A stretch of DNA of 64,000 bases from a virus (Duplodnaviria; Caudoviricetes): IMG/VR virus record IMGVR_UViG_3300022555_000004; one strand, 5' to 3'. The notes beneath the pieces were generated by a model. That model was not told where the DNA came from. It saw only the letters and a program-made list of their open reading frames with translations, and searched no databases. Made by a program: the position numbers and the translations under genes. Positions 18,646 to 28,965 of this stretch are shown here, piece by piece. Positions within the stretch are counted from its first letter, which is position 1. The number at the start of each line of letters is the position of its first letter.

Positions 18646-21066
18646 TTATGTAAATGCGAATACAAGTCTGTTCATATCCCAAGGATTTGGGCTTATTGTT
18701 GGTGAATTATTTTTGCCGCTAGATCTATCACCTGATATTGTACTATTATTATTTGCAATCATAATAGGTTGCGTTGGTGTTGTTGTTTTTGCATCAGTGA
18801 TTGCTGCTAGAAGTTTAGCACGGTCAGATTCTGCTTTTGTCAAAATTAACGAATTTGGTGTTCCAGATGCTGCGCCACCAGCTTCGAGGCTTGATAGTGA
18901 TGCATATGTAGGATCGCCATAATTATACCCTGTGGTTTTTTTTATGTAACCAGCAACATTTTGTTTCAATCCACCACCAACACCCTTGTTTAAACTATCA
19001 TAATTTCCTGCTTGTAATTTGTTTGCTGTTCCTTCACCACCAACCCATGCCGCTGAAACAAGTTGCTCGTTTCTGTTATACTTTTTCATCAACTGGTTTA
19101 TTTTCCATTTGCCGATATATTCTTGGTTTTCTGGTGTTGTTGGTGCATTTTTTCCAAGGCCTGATTGTTCAGACCATTCTGACCATGATAAAGGCATTAT
19201 TTGATATTTACCAATGGCTCGATCACCATAATGCATACTTGTTGGATCTGTGATCATTGGGCCACGGGCACTATATACATCGCCGCCTTTTGCTGCTATG
19301 CCGCCGGTTTCTGTTCTGGCTATTTTTTCTTGTATAGTTAGTCCATCTAAACTTGTTGGTGATGTGTTTGATTTAGATTTGATATTATTTGTATTTGTTG
19401 GTTGTGTACCAGGCTCTATATTTGGAACATTTGATTGTTTGCTTGGTATTATACCTGTCAACGGCGGCGTTGTGGTTATTGGTTGTTTTTTAGAAATATA
19501 ATCCCGGCCACTACCATCAAAAAATGTTGATTTCTCTGGTGTTGGTTTTATAGGTTGCGGTTTAGGCACAGGAGTAGGACTAGGAGCAGGACTAGGAGTA
19601 GGCACAGGAGCAGGACTAGGAGCAGGACTAGGAGTAGGAGTAGACGGCACGTCAGGCTGTATAGGTGGTACAGATGAAATCGCTCTATCAACCTCGTCTA
19701 TTGAGGCCTTTTCCATTGTTGGTGATACAAGTTTGCCCCAGTTTTTATATGTGCCAACTATAGCACCAGCAACACCACCAACGACACCACCAACTAATCG
19801 TGAAATTACAGGTATTGGTATAAATGTGGCAACCATTGCACCTAAAGAAGCTCCACTAAGAGTATAACCAGCAATTGATGCCGCAGCCGCCGATTTTTTA
19901 TGACCAGCTTCGTCTAATTTATCTTCTGCAACACCTAATCCTATTGACGCTAATATTCCAGCTATACCTATTTTACCAACGCCAATTCCTCCTTTGCCTC
20001 CTTTTTCAACTCTTTTTCCGGTACTATCGTATTGTCCTTCTACTACTGGGGATCCTTTTTTGCTTTTAACTTTTTTCCCATTTTCATCATATGTTCCGTA
20101 GGTTTCCCTTCCTTTCGCATCAATATGTGACCAATTAGTAGGGGAGTTTTTACCGCCTTTGCCACCAGATCCGACAGGGGATACGGTTGTGCCCGCTCCA
20201 GATCTTGCAAGGGATCCAAGTCCTAACAGACCCAATGCGCTTGTTATCCAACCACCAATTTCAGAAAATAATGATTTTATACTACCAGTAATACTACTGG
20301 TAAGATCGGCTTCTAAATCGAACCCACCTTCTTTCTTTTCTTGCGTTTTTTTGCTTTGAAACAATGTTGGAAGTAATTTGCTTGGTACAACAGAAGTTTT
20401 TAAACCTTTTTTATTGTCAACATTGACTCTATATATTTTATTGAGAACTTTGTTTATTATTGAAAAATGTTTGTCCTGTTTTTTTGTTTGCTTATTTACA
20501 GCTTTCGCAGGGTCTTTTTCGTTATCTTTTAAACCAAAAATTGACTTAAATGCTTTAGATCCGAAAAATTTAATAGGTTTCCATAATATACTCGCCGTGG
20601 CTTTGAGAGCAGTGACTATTGGTTGTAAATCAGTCCAAAATTTACCGAATGCTTCGCTCATCAATCCGCCAACAACACCTGCCATTTTTTGATAATATTC
20701 CTTGGCTGTACTATAAACTGTATTGATATTTTTTATAGTTTGCGCAAAAGGTTTGATCCATCCTTTGTTGATGTTATTCATAACAAATTTAGTCATCATT
20801 GATACGTCTTTTTTGGTTGAACCCATCAAAAATTTTTCTGCTTTAAATAGAAGACGTTCTCTTTTTTCTTCTTCTTTTGTTTGTAATGAATTTGAATCAG
20901 AATCATCTTTAGGTGGTTTTTTCGATGGTGGTTTATTGGCCGTTTTGGTTATTTTTTTAAGTTCATTAATAAATTCATCAGCAATAGGTTTCAATGCCGT
21001 TGCAAGAGATTTAGTATCAAATTGTGGGCTAGATTTCATTGCCATTTTTTTTCTCCATAAAAACAA
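18646..21066 (-). CDS. Tape-measure/gp29-like protein with a C-terminal lysozyme/SLT-like domain
   Basis: Gly/Ala hydrophobic segments, a Pro-rich linker, then IARTETGG...AIGKYQIMP...TPENQEYIG...AAWVGGEG. Confidence 0.6.
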   Translation of the reverse strand: MFLWRKKMAMKSSPQFDTKSLATALKPIADEFINELKKITKTANKPPSKKPPKDDSDSNSLQTKEEEKRERLLFKAEKFLMGSTKKDVSMMTKFVMNNINKGWIKPFAQTIKNINTVYSTAKEYYQKMAGVVGGLMSEAFGKFWTDLQPIVTALKATASILWKPIKFFGSKAFKSIFGLKDNEKDPAKAVNKQTKKQDKHFSIINKVLNKIYRVNVDNKKGLKTSVVPSKLLPTLFQSKKTQEKKEGGFDLEADLTSSITGSIKSLFSEIGGWITSALGLLGLGSLARSGAGTTVSPVGSGGKGGKNSPTNWSHIDAKGRETYGTYDENGKKVKSKKGSPVVEGQYDSTGKRVEKGGKGGIGVGKIGIAGILASIGLGVAEDKLDEAGHKKSAAAASIAGYTLSGASLGAMVATFIPIPVISRLVGGVVGGVAGAIVGTYKNWGKLVSPTMEKASIDEVDRAISSVPPIQPDVPSTPTPSPAPSPAPVPTPSPAPSPTPVPKPQPIKPTPEKSTFFDGSGRDYISKKQPITTTPPLTGIIPSKQSNVPNIEPGTQPTNTNNIKSKSNTSPTSLDGLTIQEKIARTETGGIAAKGGDVYSARGPMITDPTSMHYGDRAIGKYQIMPLSWSEWSEQSGLGKNAPTTPENQEYIGKWKINQLMKKYNRNEQLVSAAWVGGEGTANKLQAGNYDSLNKGVGGGLKQNVAGYIKKTTGYNYGDPTYASLSSLEAGGAASGTPNSLILTKAESDRAKLLAAITDAKTTTPTQPIMIANNNSTISGDRSSGKNNSPTISPNPWDMNRLVFAFT
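19558..19645. repeat. Hexamer-period repeat encoding a PTPSPAPSP linker
   Basis: AGGAGT/AGGACT/AGGAGC units in tandem. Confidence 0.75.
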
Positions 21067-21107
21067 AATAGGGTCTAAAGGTATTTAGTCCCTTTAGATC
21101 CTATTTT
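21065..21107 (-). terminator. Rho-independent terminator
   Basis: AAAATAGGGTCTAAAGG / CCTTTAGATCCTATTTT inverted repeat. Confidence 0.7.
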
Positions 21108-21144
21108 TAAAAGATCCTTGTAATTTTCTAAATTACAGCGAGGT

Positions 21145-21327
21145 TTATTTTAATTTTATTCTGTCATTCTCTGTTTGGTTTCTAATATCTCTAATAACCA
21201 TGCCGATAAAGGCTTCCCGTTCAAAATCAGCTAATTCATTACTTTCAGCAATAGATATATGTGCCCTACTAGCCAAATAATATTGGTCTTCCGTTATGCT
21301 CTGTAAACTCATTCCACTACAAAGCAC
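21145..21327 (-). CDS. Baseplate hub assembly protein, gp51-like
   Basis: 60 aa, YYLASRAHISIAESNELADFEREAFIGMV; follows gp26. Confidence 0.65.
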   Translation of the reverse strand: MLCSGMSLQSITEDQYYLASRAHISIAESNELADFEREAFIGMVIRDIRNQTENDRIKLK

Positions 21328-21332
21328 ATATA

Positions 21333-22229
21333 TTAATAGAAAAAATTTTCAACAGGCACCTCTTTTCTTTCCTTATATCCACAGTGTGAACACACAACAT
21401 CAAATGAAAAATCAATTCCGAAATCGTTTGTATCGAACCAACCAGATATTTTATCCTGTTCTGATTGTTGAATATTATCTAAGAAGAATATTCTTTCTTC
21501 TAATGGTAAATCTGTTTCTTCACCTTCTGGCGTAATGATTCCAATGATAGATAACCCATATAGTGTTGTTGTAATAGTAAGTGTTCGTTCAAGATCACTT
21601 ATTTCAGCATTTTTATATTTTTCTGTAAATATATTATATGCTGTATCTTGCATGTCTCTTGTGATCAACGACAATCTAACAGAAATATTATCATTTATTT
21701 TTACTACATTCCAATCTACTTTTTTCTCAACATTAGTAGTAACGATATTAGATTCTTTAATTTCATCAGATTTTTCAATTAATTTACCTTTTCTTTGTTT
21801 GGTTTGTACAACCGATTTTTTTTCTGGTTCACTAACTATAGCTTTGGATAATGTATTCAATTTTGTTACTGGTAAATTAGATAGATTCAATGTTTGTTGT
21901 GATTGAGACGAACAACTTGTACAAACAGATTGAAATCCATAAGTTGCCCCTCTAGTGGCCTTTCTAATCTCAACAAGTAAAAAAAATCTATCTTGAATAT
22001 ATAGTTTTTTAACTTCAAATCCATCAGGATTGATAACACATTCCATTATTAAGTCATCTAGTGCTGATTCAATAGACATTGAATCATTTGATGTTTCATA
22101 TAACAACAATTTTTTTATTTGTCCCGTTGTTACTGGCCTAAATGAAATGGTGTCGCCACTTCCCGGCAATTCTGTTTCAAATACATACGAATTAATATAA
22201 TTTCTGAAATTTGACATTTTTTCCTCCAC
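21333..22229 (-). CDS. gp26: Baseplate hub assembly chaperone, gp26-like
   Basis: FETELPGSGDTISFRPVT...QDRFFLLVEIRKATRG, with CTSC and CSHC pairs. Confidence 0.8.
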   Translation of the reverse strand: MEEKMSNFRNYINSYVFETELPGSGDTISFRPVTTGQIKKLLLYETSNDSMSIESALDDLIMECVINPDGFEVKKLYIQDRFFLLVEIRKATRGATYGFQSVCTSCSSQSQQTLNLSNLPVTKLNTLSKAIVSEPEKKSVVQTKQRKGKLIEKSDEIKESNIVTTNVEKKVDWNVVKINDNISVRLSLITRDMQDTAYNIFTEKYKNAEISDLERTLTITTTLYGLSIIGIITPEGEETDLPLEERIFFLDNIQQSEQDKISGWFDTNDFGIDFSFDVVCSHCGYKERKEVPVENFFY

Positions 22230-22243
22230 AATTTTGTTTTATT

Positions 22244-22942
22244 TTAAAAGAATTTATCTATTATACTTCCACCAACAGATTGTAATACTTGTCTACCAGC
22301 TTTAGCTAAACCAGATTCTTCGTTTTGTGTAACTGTATGATATTGATATGAAAATGTTATATCAACTGTTGCAAATTCGTTTGTAGCGTAATCTAAACTA
22401 ACTTGCCCTATAGTTTTAGGCCAAGCACTAAAAAGTTTGTATGTACAAATTACATTTCCATCCATACCTAATAATTGTACAACTTGATTTGTCATATAAT
22501 CTTTTGGTTTGCCGTACATGCCTGTTTCGGGGTTTTGCATTATTAAATGCCAATCCCAAAACTTTTTTAATATACTAGCATCGTTGTTTACTAAGAATGT
22601 AACCGACCAATCTTGTGATCTTCTAACACTAGACATTTTATATTGTTGCCCACAAAAATATGTAGATGATTCTTCCACAGATGATTCTGGTAGTGATGTT
22701 GATTTTACAAAATATTTAAAATCCTGTGTATCAAATGAATTACCGAATGTATTTATTGCTGTTGTTCCACCAGCAACTAACCCCTTGGATATCATATCTC
22801 CTATGTTGCCAGGGTTTGATAATGCAGCTGATAGTCCTGATAGTAAAGCGTTTTGTATGCCTGGAAATTCTACTTTACAAATAAATAGATATGCCCTTGC
22901 GTTGGCCCCCAAAAATTTTGATTTATATGTATCAACATCCAC
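22244..22942 (-). CDS. Tail tube gp19/gp54-like paralog
   Basis: FVKSTSLPES...DWSVTF...YKLFSAWPKTIGQVSLDY...TFSY; GTG start with AGGAG RBS. Confidence 0.75.
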   Translation of the reverse strand: MDVDTYKSKFLGANARAYLFICKVEFPGIQNALLSGLSAALSNPGNIGDMISKGLVAGGTTAINTFGNSFDTQDFKYFVKSTSLPESSVEESSTYFCGQQYKMSSVRRSQDWSVTFLVNNDASILKKFWDWHLIMQNPETGMYGKPKDYMTNQVVQLLGMDGNVICTYKLFSAWPKTIGQVSLDYATNEFATVDITFSYQYHTVTQNEESGLAKAGRQVLQSVGGSIIDKFF

Positions 22943-23011
22943 CTGTAGTACTCCTAGTATGTGTTCCAGTAGTTTTGCCGTTTAAATTTGTTGGTATTTG
23001 ATATGCCATAA

Positions 23012-23662
23012 TTATCTAAATGCCGATCCTGTTATTTTATTTAGCAATGATTTCATTAATGTGTTAGCAGCACCATTTCCAGCATTTTCTATTGTGGTGG
23101 TGAAATATTGATATGCAAATGTTACGTCAACGGTTGCTATATCAGTGGATGAATAATCTAACGAAACAGCCCCAATTGATTTTGGCCAAGCATTAACTAG
23201 ATTGTATGATCTAGTTGATTCACCGGCACCATTCAATAAAAATAGTTGTTGCGTTGCCATATATGTTGCTGGTTCGCCCGGTTTATTATATTTTGGATCA
23301 TATATGATATCATGCCATAAATTGAAACTATTTAATAATGTTCCTTCTTCATCAACATTGAATGATACCGTCCAATCACCATATGATCTACTGCCAGCCA
23401 TTTTGAATGGTATGCCGGGATATGAAACTGTTATTTCTTCAAAAGAACTATCAGGTATTGATGTAGATTTTACAAGATATGGAACAACATTTGATCCAGC
23501 TTTATATCCAAAGGGGGATAACATCTGATCCATAATAGATGAATTACTTGATGTTTGTATTCCCATACTATTAGGGAAGGTGAATAAAGCGAAAAATAAA
23601 TATGCCTTTGCCCCACCAAGAAACTTAGTTTTGTACGAATCTATATCAAATGAAACCTTCAC
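23012..23662 (-). CDS. Tail tube gp19/gp54-like paralog
   Basis: LVKSTSIPDS...GSRSYGDWTVSF...AWPKSIGAVSLDY...TFAY. Confidence 0.75.
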   Translation of the reverse strand: MKVSFDIDSYKTKFLGGAKAYLFFALFTFPNSMGIQTSSNSSIMDQMLSPFGYKAGSNVVPYLVKSTSIPDSSFEEITVSYPGIPFKMAGSRSYGDWTVSFNVDEEGTLLNSFNLWHDIIYDPKYNKPGEPATYMATQQLFLLNGAGESTRSYNLVNAWPKSIGAVSLDYSSTDIATVDVTFAYQYFTTTIENAGNGAANTLMKSLLNKITGSAFR

Positions 23663-23674
23663 AGAGATCTCCTA

Positions 23675-24220
23675 TTAACCAAATGTTGGCGTTACACCAT
23701 ATGTTGCTTTGTCTGTAACATGGTAAATGTAAGCAAATGTTATATCAAATTGAACTACGTCATTTTGAGTATAATCTAATGTTGCATTACCGATAACTTT
23801 TGGCCAACAAGCAAAAAGCTTATATTTCATTATTGGGCTTCCTGTAAGGCCTAACAAATCAATTTGTTGATCTACCATATAGTTTGCCGGTGTGTTGTAT
23901 ACGTTTGTCGTAGGATCATGGATTAATGATAACCAATTGTGATAATATTTCTGAATATTTGCTTCAGCATCACAATTGAATGTAACTGTCCAATCACTAT
24001 ACGTATATTTTCCAGCTACTTTGAAATCAAATCCTTGCCATGCTAATGGAATTTCATCAATTGATGTTTCCGGTAAACTTGTTGATCGTACAAGATATGT
24101 AGCAATATCAGAATCTGCGCCAACACCGCCTGGAAATACAGGCTTATAATAGAACAGGTATGATCTGGCACCACCCTGAAAATTGGCTCTATAACTATCT
24201 ATGTCGAATCTTGGACTCAT
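23675..24220 (-). CDS. gp19: Tail tube protein gp19
   Basis: FQGGARSYLF, LVRSTSLPET, GKYTYSDWTVTF, CWPKVIG, FDITFAY; 181 aa with no extensions. Confidence 0.88.
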   Translation of the reverse strand: MSPRFDIDSYRANFQGGARSYLFYYKPVFPGGVGADSDIATYLVRSTSLPETSIDEIPLAWQGFDFKVAGKYTYSDWTVTFNCDAEANIQKYYHNWLSLIHDPTTNVYNTPANYMVDQQIDLLGLTGSPIMKYKLFACWPKVIGNATLDYTQNDVVQFDITFAYIYHVTDKATYGVTPTFG

Positions 24221-24231
24221 GTGCGTTCCTC

Positions 24232-24876
24232 CTAAATTAAAATTGAATGTTTATTATCCGCATATAATCGTTGAACGACTCTTATGTGAATATTTACTAA
24301 TATTGATATGGTTTTCCATTTTATTTTATTGTTTCTATAATCAATAATTTTTTGTATAATATCAGTATTATATTTTGTATTACTTTTTCTTATTTTTTCT
24401 TTTGTTTCGTCTGAAAGTTGTATTCCATACCTATTGTTGTCTTTACCATATCGCTTGTTTTTTCCAATCATACTAATTCGTCTTTTTTCTTTAGTTTTAT
24501 CTGATTGAACATGACCAATATGACTTTCGCTGAGTTTTTTTACTTGTTCATCGGTGAATTTATATCCATTAGTGCCTTCGCCGCCCCATGTAAGATTGTA
24601 TCCGCCTTCACTTACATGGCTATGTTCAACAATAATTTTCATTGTTTCTAGTATATTTATAATCAATGGATCACATTCACAGATAATTTCCCATTTGAAT
24701 GATTCTTTGCCGTGTTTTCTTATAGCTTTATGAAAATAAGCATTATCTGAATTTCGTTTTGTTGCGCCAATGTGGTCTGAAATTCTTTCATCTAATGTTT
24801 GTGTTGTTTTTCCGACATAAACTTTATTATTATGAAGATTTGTAACTTTGTATATTATGCCATTGAAACGTGGCAT
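24232..24876 (-). CDS. GIY-YIG homing endonuclease (NUMOD3) between sheath and tube genes
   Basis: GIIYKVTNLHNNKVYVGKT, GGYNLTWGGEG, NUMOD3-like repeats. Confidence 0.88.
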   Translation of the reverse strand: MPRFNGIIYKVTNLHNNKVYVGKTTQTLDERISDHIGATKRNSDNAYFHKAIRKHGKESFKWEIICECDPLIINILETMKIIVEHSHVSEGGYNLTWGGEGTNGYKFTDEQVKKLSESHIGHVQSDKTKEKRRISMIGKNKRYGKDNNRYGIQLSDETKEKIRKSNTKYNTDIIQKIIDYRNNKIKWKTISILVNIHIRVVQRLYADNKHSILI

Positions 24877-24967
24877 ATTATATCCTCCTATGCTTTTTTA
24901 TTCTCTGTTTTTATTTATATTTGTAACACAATATTATATGTCTATTTATAAAATATTGTATAAAAAT

Positions 24968-25010
24968 AAAAAAATAAGTCAATGAAAAGAATTCCATTGA
25001 CTTATTTTTT
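24968..25010 (-). terminator. Terminator after the tail sheath gene
   Basis: AAAATAAGTCAATG / CATTGACTTATTTT inverted repeat. Confidence 0.75.
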
Positions 25011-25030
25011 GTTGTACTATATTTTTGTGA

Positions 25031-26845
25031 TTACGTACCTGAACCAGCTAATCCAGCAAGTTCAGAGAAACTAGCACCTGTTTTTGTTGCAATGAAGTTC
25101 AAAACAATAAATTCAGCAGCGCGAGTTGGTTTGATATAGATATCACACCACAATTCACTGCGGTCAATTCTTTCTGGTGTATTGTTTGTTTCATTACATA
25201 CCAATATGTAATCATATACTCCTCTACGAGCTTTTACATCTCTAAGGAACGGATCAATCATGTTGATAAGAAGCAATCTTGAAATGTCATCATTAGGCTC
25301 AAATAAGAAATATCTTGCTGCCGTTGAAATTGCTTTTTCCAGAACCATAAACAATCTGCGAACATTGATTCTGTTGAAGGCTGATGATTTATCAAGCAAT
25401 GTTTTCTGCCCATAAATCAATTTACCCATACCAGATAGGCTGACAATAGGATTTATCCCATTTTTGTAAAGAATATTTCTTTGAGCAAGATTTGGATTCC
25501 ATGCTAATCTTCTTACACTTGTAATAAGGGCTCTGTTAGGGCCAGCAGGAGCGAACCAAGGTTCTGCTACATAATCATTGTTTGCGAATAGGCCGGCAAC
25601 ATGTCCTGATACTGGTATCCATCTATATTTGCCATTCCATTTATCAAACACTTCAATCCAGTTACCATATAGGCATGAATATGAACTATTGATTTGTAGT
25701 TCTGACGTTACGAATGATCTAAGATCTTCTGTTTCATCACCTCTGTTAGACAGAACGTCAGACAAAGGAACATCAAGAATTGCCATTGCATCTTTTCTAG
25801 CAACACAAATATCATTCATATATGATTTTACTGTATTACTTTTATTACCGTCAATGAAGATATTGATGTCAATTTCTTCGGGGTTCTGGTATAAATCAAG
25901 AGCGGCCATAATGGCAGCGTCATCAGCAAGACCGTCTAATCCCTCTTCAAGATATATCCAATCCGGTGTGTTGAGGTCAGATAAGTCATCTGTTATACCA
26001 TATGTAGAATTTAAAGCAATTCTAATACAGTTTGATGTTTCATTTACCATTACTTCAGCGTATTTCTTTCGTCCAGTATCATCAAATGCGTCAGGGTCTA
26101 AGGATACATTGAAGTATTCCTGTGTAACCCAATTTGATGTACCTGCAGATGGGCCGCCAGATGGTTCTATCGTTGATAATCCTTGTTCAACTGTTTGAAC
26201 TAATAGAATAAACGAATAATCATTTTCTATTGGACTATCAAGACCGCCTACAGCAGCCGATGTACTCCATGAATATGTCAATGGACGTGCGTTGATTGTT
26301 GCTGTTCGTCTATCATCAGCATCTGCCGATAATGTTCTGTAAGCATTTTTTCCAACCACAGCAATACGAATGTTGTTTCCCCATGCGCCGCGTGAGTTAG
26401 CAACGACTTTAATAAATGTATCTCCTGAAACCGTAACCATACCAAAATCATTAACAGTTCCACCGCCGTTTGATGTCAATGTTGTCATTTGAGCAAGGGT
26501 CAGTCCAGAATACCCAGCACCAGATGCCGCTACGTCTTCTGTTATCTCAATCTCAGCTCCAGCAAATGTTGCCGATGCCGCTAATGCTCTGGTAGCATAT
26601 AACATACTACCATATTTCAAGAAACCTGTTGCTGCCAACATATCTTGATAACACGTAGCTACATTGGTTGGTTTACCAAATTCTGTAACAAGTGAGTTAA
26701 CATCAGTTAGAAACCGTGTTTCTAACTCCGGGCCTTTGTATGTATCTCTAAGGATAATTACGCCTATTGAGGTTGATACGGCAGGTATCGTTGTGGTTGC
26801 GTCATACTCATTAACAGCAACCAAAGGGCTTAAATAAAACGCCAT
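25031..26845 (-). CDS. gp18: Tail sheath protein gp18
   Basis: LSPLVAVNEYD, FGKP, WFAPAGPNRA, AFNRINVRRLF, YIKPTRAAEFIVLNFIATKTGASF. Confidence 0.96.
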   Translation of the reverse strand: MAFYLSPLVAVNEYDATTTIPAVSTSIGVIILRDTYKGPELETRFLTDVNSLVTEFGKPTNVATCYQDMLAATGFLKYGSMLYATRALAASATFAGAEIEITEDVAASGAGYSGLTLAQMTTLTSNGGGTVNDFGMVTVSGDTFIKVVANSRGAWGNNIRIAVVGKNAYRTLSADADDRRTATINARPLTYSWSTSAAVGGLDSPIENDYSFILLVQTVEQGLSTIEPSGGPSAGTSNWVTQEYFNVSLDPDAFDDTGRKKYAEVMVNETSNCIRIALNSTYGITDDLSDLNTPDWIYLEEGLDGLADDAAIMAALDLYQNPEEIDINIFIDGNKSNTVKSYMNDICVARKDAMAILDVPLSDVLSNRGDETEDLRSFVTSELQINSSYSCLYGNWIEVFDKWNGKYRWIPVSGHVAGLFANNDYVAEPWFAPAGPNRALITSVRRLAWNPNLAQRNILYKNGINPIVSLSGMGKLIYGQKTLLDKSSAFNRINVRRLFMVLEKAISTAARYFLFEPNDDISRLLLINMIDPFLRDVKARRGVYDYILVCNETNNTPERIDRSELWCDIYIKPTRAAEFIVLNFIATKTGASFSELAGLAGSGT

Positions 26846-26883
26846 GTTTCAAATCCTCCTAAATTTTAGATTCTTTCTTATTC

Positions 26884-26891
26884 TATTTATA
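26884..26891 (-). promoter_or_regulatory. T4-type late promoter TATAAATA
   Basis: Exact motif upstream of gp18. The same motif precedes other genes at 3606, 9000, 11696, 24912, 24943, 30716, 35375, 36527, 36540, 36950, 37310, 41468, 47889, 51469, 51798 and 57935. Confidence 0.8.
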
Positions 26892-26944
26892 AAAATTATT
26901 AAAATCTTTTGATATCAATCACTTTATTTCTGATATAATAATAA

Positions 26945-27445
26945 TTACGTATCAACCATTTCATATCGGTCATATTGAAATATTGCCGAACTTTCGATAA
27001 GCGTTTCTCCATCCCTAATTGAAAATGAAACCTCGCCTAATGATTGTACCCAAAGATTTTTAAATGTTATAAATGTATGTGCTGCGCCAAAATTATCATA
27101 TATAACAATATTCGCGTCAGTAACATAATCATTTGCTTTTGCTGATGGTTTATCAGAATTGTTTGCTATAGATGTAAGCCATCTAAATAATATTTTCCAA
27201 TTATGAAAATTAGAATCAACTAAAAAACTTATATTCAATGGGTCAAATGTTATACCACCAACATGATATTGAACATGTTTGCCTTCCCACGGAAATTCAA
27301 CATTTTCTAATGAAACACCAGGCAATGTTATATTGAATATATTCAATCGTAATGTGTCCGTTGCATGAAAATCTGAATCAGAAGGTATTTTTCCTATAAC
27401 AAAAGCATATTCAGTTGAGGTGGCTTTTGAAAGTGTTATTGACAT
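26945..27445 (-). CDS. gp3: Tail completion protein, gp3-like
   Basis: NITLPGVSLE...FDPLNISFLVDSNFHNWKILFRWL. Confidence 0.75.
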   Translation of the reverse strand: MSITLSKATSTEYAFVIGKIPSDSDFHATDTLRLNIFNITLPGVSLENVEFPWEGKHVQYHVGGITFDPLNISFLVDSNFHNWKILFRWLTSIANNSDKPSAKANDYVTDANIVIYDNFGAAHTFITFKNLWVQSLGEVSFSIRDGETLIESSAIFQYDRYEMVDT

Positions 27446-28308
27446 TATATATTATCCCCATTAGCGAATATTTCGTAATCCAATATGATCTTAGCATCTT
27501 CATCAACACCAAGAGGTCTAAAGGCATATACTTCTGCCGGTCTGTCATCAGCAAAAATTTCTTTTTCAGGATTATCCCTATCATGGAATGTATCCAAATC
27601 TGTATAATATCTATTGACAATTTTACCAGATGACCCACTATCACCAAATCCTGTTGTACCCATACCAGATGTCCATGAGAATCCACTTGTGCCACTTATT
27701 CCGCCTATATTACCGATAAGTGGGTGTGTTGATGCTGGTTTGAATAACCATGTCTGAACCGAAAATGTCGTATCCCATTTTATTACTCTAGCTTCTTCTT
27801 CGCCAATATCGTCTGTCATGATAGGCGAACAACCATTCAAAATTACTTTTGCATCATAAATCAAATCTAATTCAGGTATTCTAACCCTGATGAAGGCGTG
27901 TGGCGCAAAGAACGGAAGAATTTGTTCATATATTTGATCAATATCAACCATATGAAGCGCCCAGATGTTGACGGTAAATGCGATATTATATGGAATAGCA
28001 TTTTTGGCAAATGTGCCTGTTGTTTGTGTATCACTAACCTTTATTTCTTGAAATTTGTTTGTCAGTCTTGTTGGATCAAAATCAATACCAGAAATATATA
28101 CAGAAATCATTGGCAACATTTCTTCATCTCTATCATGGTCTTTTATCCATAGATATGTTTTTGATTTTGGCCCATATCTTATAGGCACTAGATATCGTCC
28201 TTTGACGTTTCCGCTAACATCATACCGTTCAATATTGATACTATTGAATATATCTAAAAATTGTATTATTGTTTTTCTTATACTTTTATAAAAATAATAT
28301 GTTTCCAT
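27445..28308 (-). CDS. gp15: Tail sheath stabiliser/terminator gp15
   Basis: YFYKSIRKTIIQFLDIFNSI, VPIRYGPKSK, LPMIS, IPYNIAF, QIYEQILPFF. Confidence 0.9.
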   Translation of the reverse strand: METYYFYKSIRKTIIQFLDIFNSINIERYDVSGNVKGRYLVPIRYGPKSKTYLWIKDHDRDEEMLPMISVYISGIDFDPTRLTNKFQEIKVSDTQTTGTFAKNAIPYNIAFTVNIWALHMVDIDQIYEQILPFFAPHAFIRVRIPELDLIYDAKVILNGCSPIMTDDIGEEEARVIKWDTTFSVQTWLFKPASTHPLIGNIGGISGTSGFSWTSGMGTTGFGDSGSSGKIVNRYYTDLDTFHDRDNPEKEIFADDRPAEVYAFRPLGVDEDAKIILDYEIFANGDNI

Positions 28309-28965
28309 TTAACTCCTATAACCATATATATTTGTGTCAACACCGTCATATGCACTGATTGCCTGCGATTGTGTGTCTATCCAAGCATTATCACCGTATG
28401 CAGATATGCCTTGTGAAACCGATGACAAATCACTAGAAACATCCCGAGCAGATTGTGATTCTTCGGAGAACCTGTAAGGCATCAAGTATAATACATAAAC
28501 TAAACTTCTCAATTGGAATATAGATTGATCTTGGGCAGCGTGTGATATTTCAAAAGTTCTTTCTTCTGAATTAGAGAACATCCCATGATACCATTTTATT
28601 TTGATTACATCACCCGGCATAGGCATTTCTGTTTGGCTTACATCTCTAAAGAAAATACACTGTGGTATATGTGCTACAATTTGGTCTGTTGCTATCATAC
28701 CGAACATAGAATATAATGTTGGAATTTCGCCAACTTCATATAATATTTTAGTTTCTTTGCCGTCTTTATATTCAGCATCTTGTGTTTCACCATAAAGAAC
28801 ATCAGATACGATTGCTGTATCACGTTGATAATATGTAATTTTTATGCCACTAATATCTGTAAATTCTGCAGCCACCGATTCAGCCAATTGCCATTCAGGA
28901 TTGTCTTTGAGGTTATATATTTCTAATTGTGGTTTTGCTGAACCAATGTTCCGGCGGAATTTCAT
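28309..28965 (-). CDS. gp14: Neck protein gp14
   Basis: EFTDISGIKITYY...DVLYGE...SMFGM...PMPGDVI...FEISH. Confidence 0.8.
   Translation of the reverse strand: MKFRRNIGSAKPQLEIYNLKDNPEWQLAESVAAEFTDISGIKITYYQRDTAIVSDVLYGETQDAEYKDGKETKILYEVGEIPTLYSMFGMIATDQIVAHIPQCIFFRDVSQTEMPMPGDVIKIKWYHGMFSNSEERTFEISHAAQDQSIFQLRSLVYVLYLMPYRFSEESQSARDVSSDLSSVSQGISAYGDNAWIDTQSQAISAYDGVDTNIYGYRS

Noticed and set aside
22943-23009. A fifth frameshift joining ATG 23009 to the tail-tube paralog
   Set aside because: The GTG at 22942 has a well-spaced AGGAG RBS and aligns with the starts of the other paralogs, so no shift is needed.
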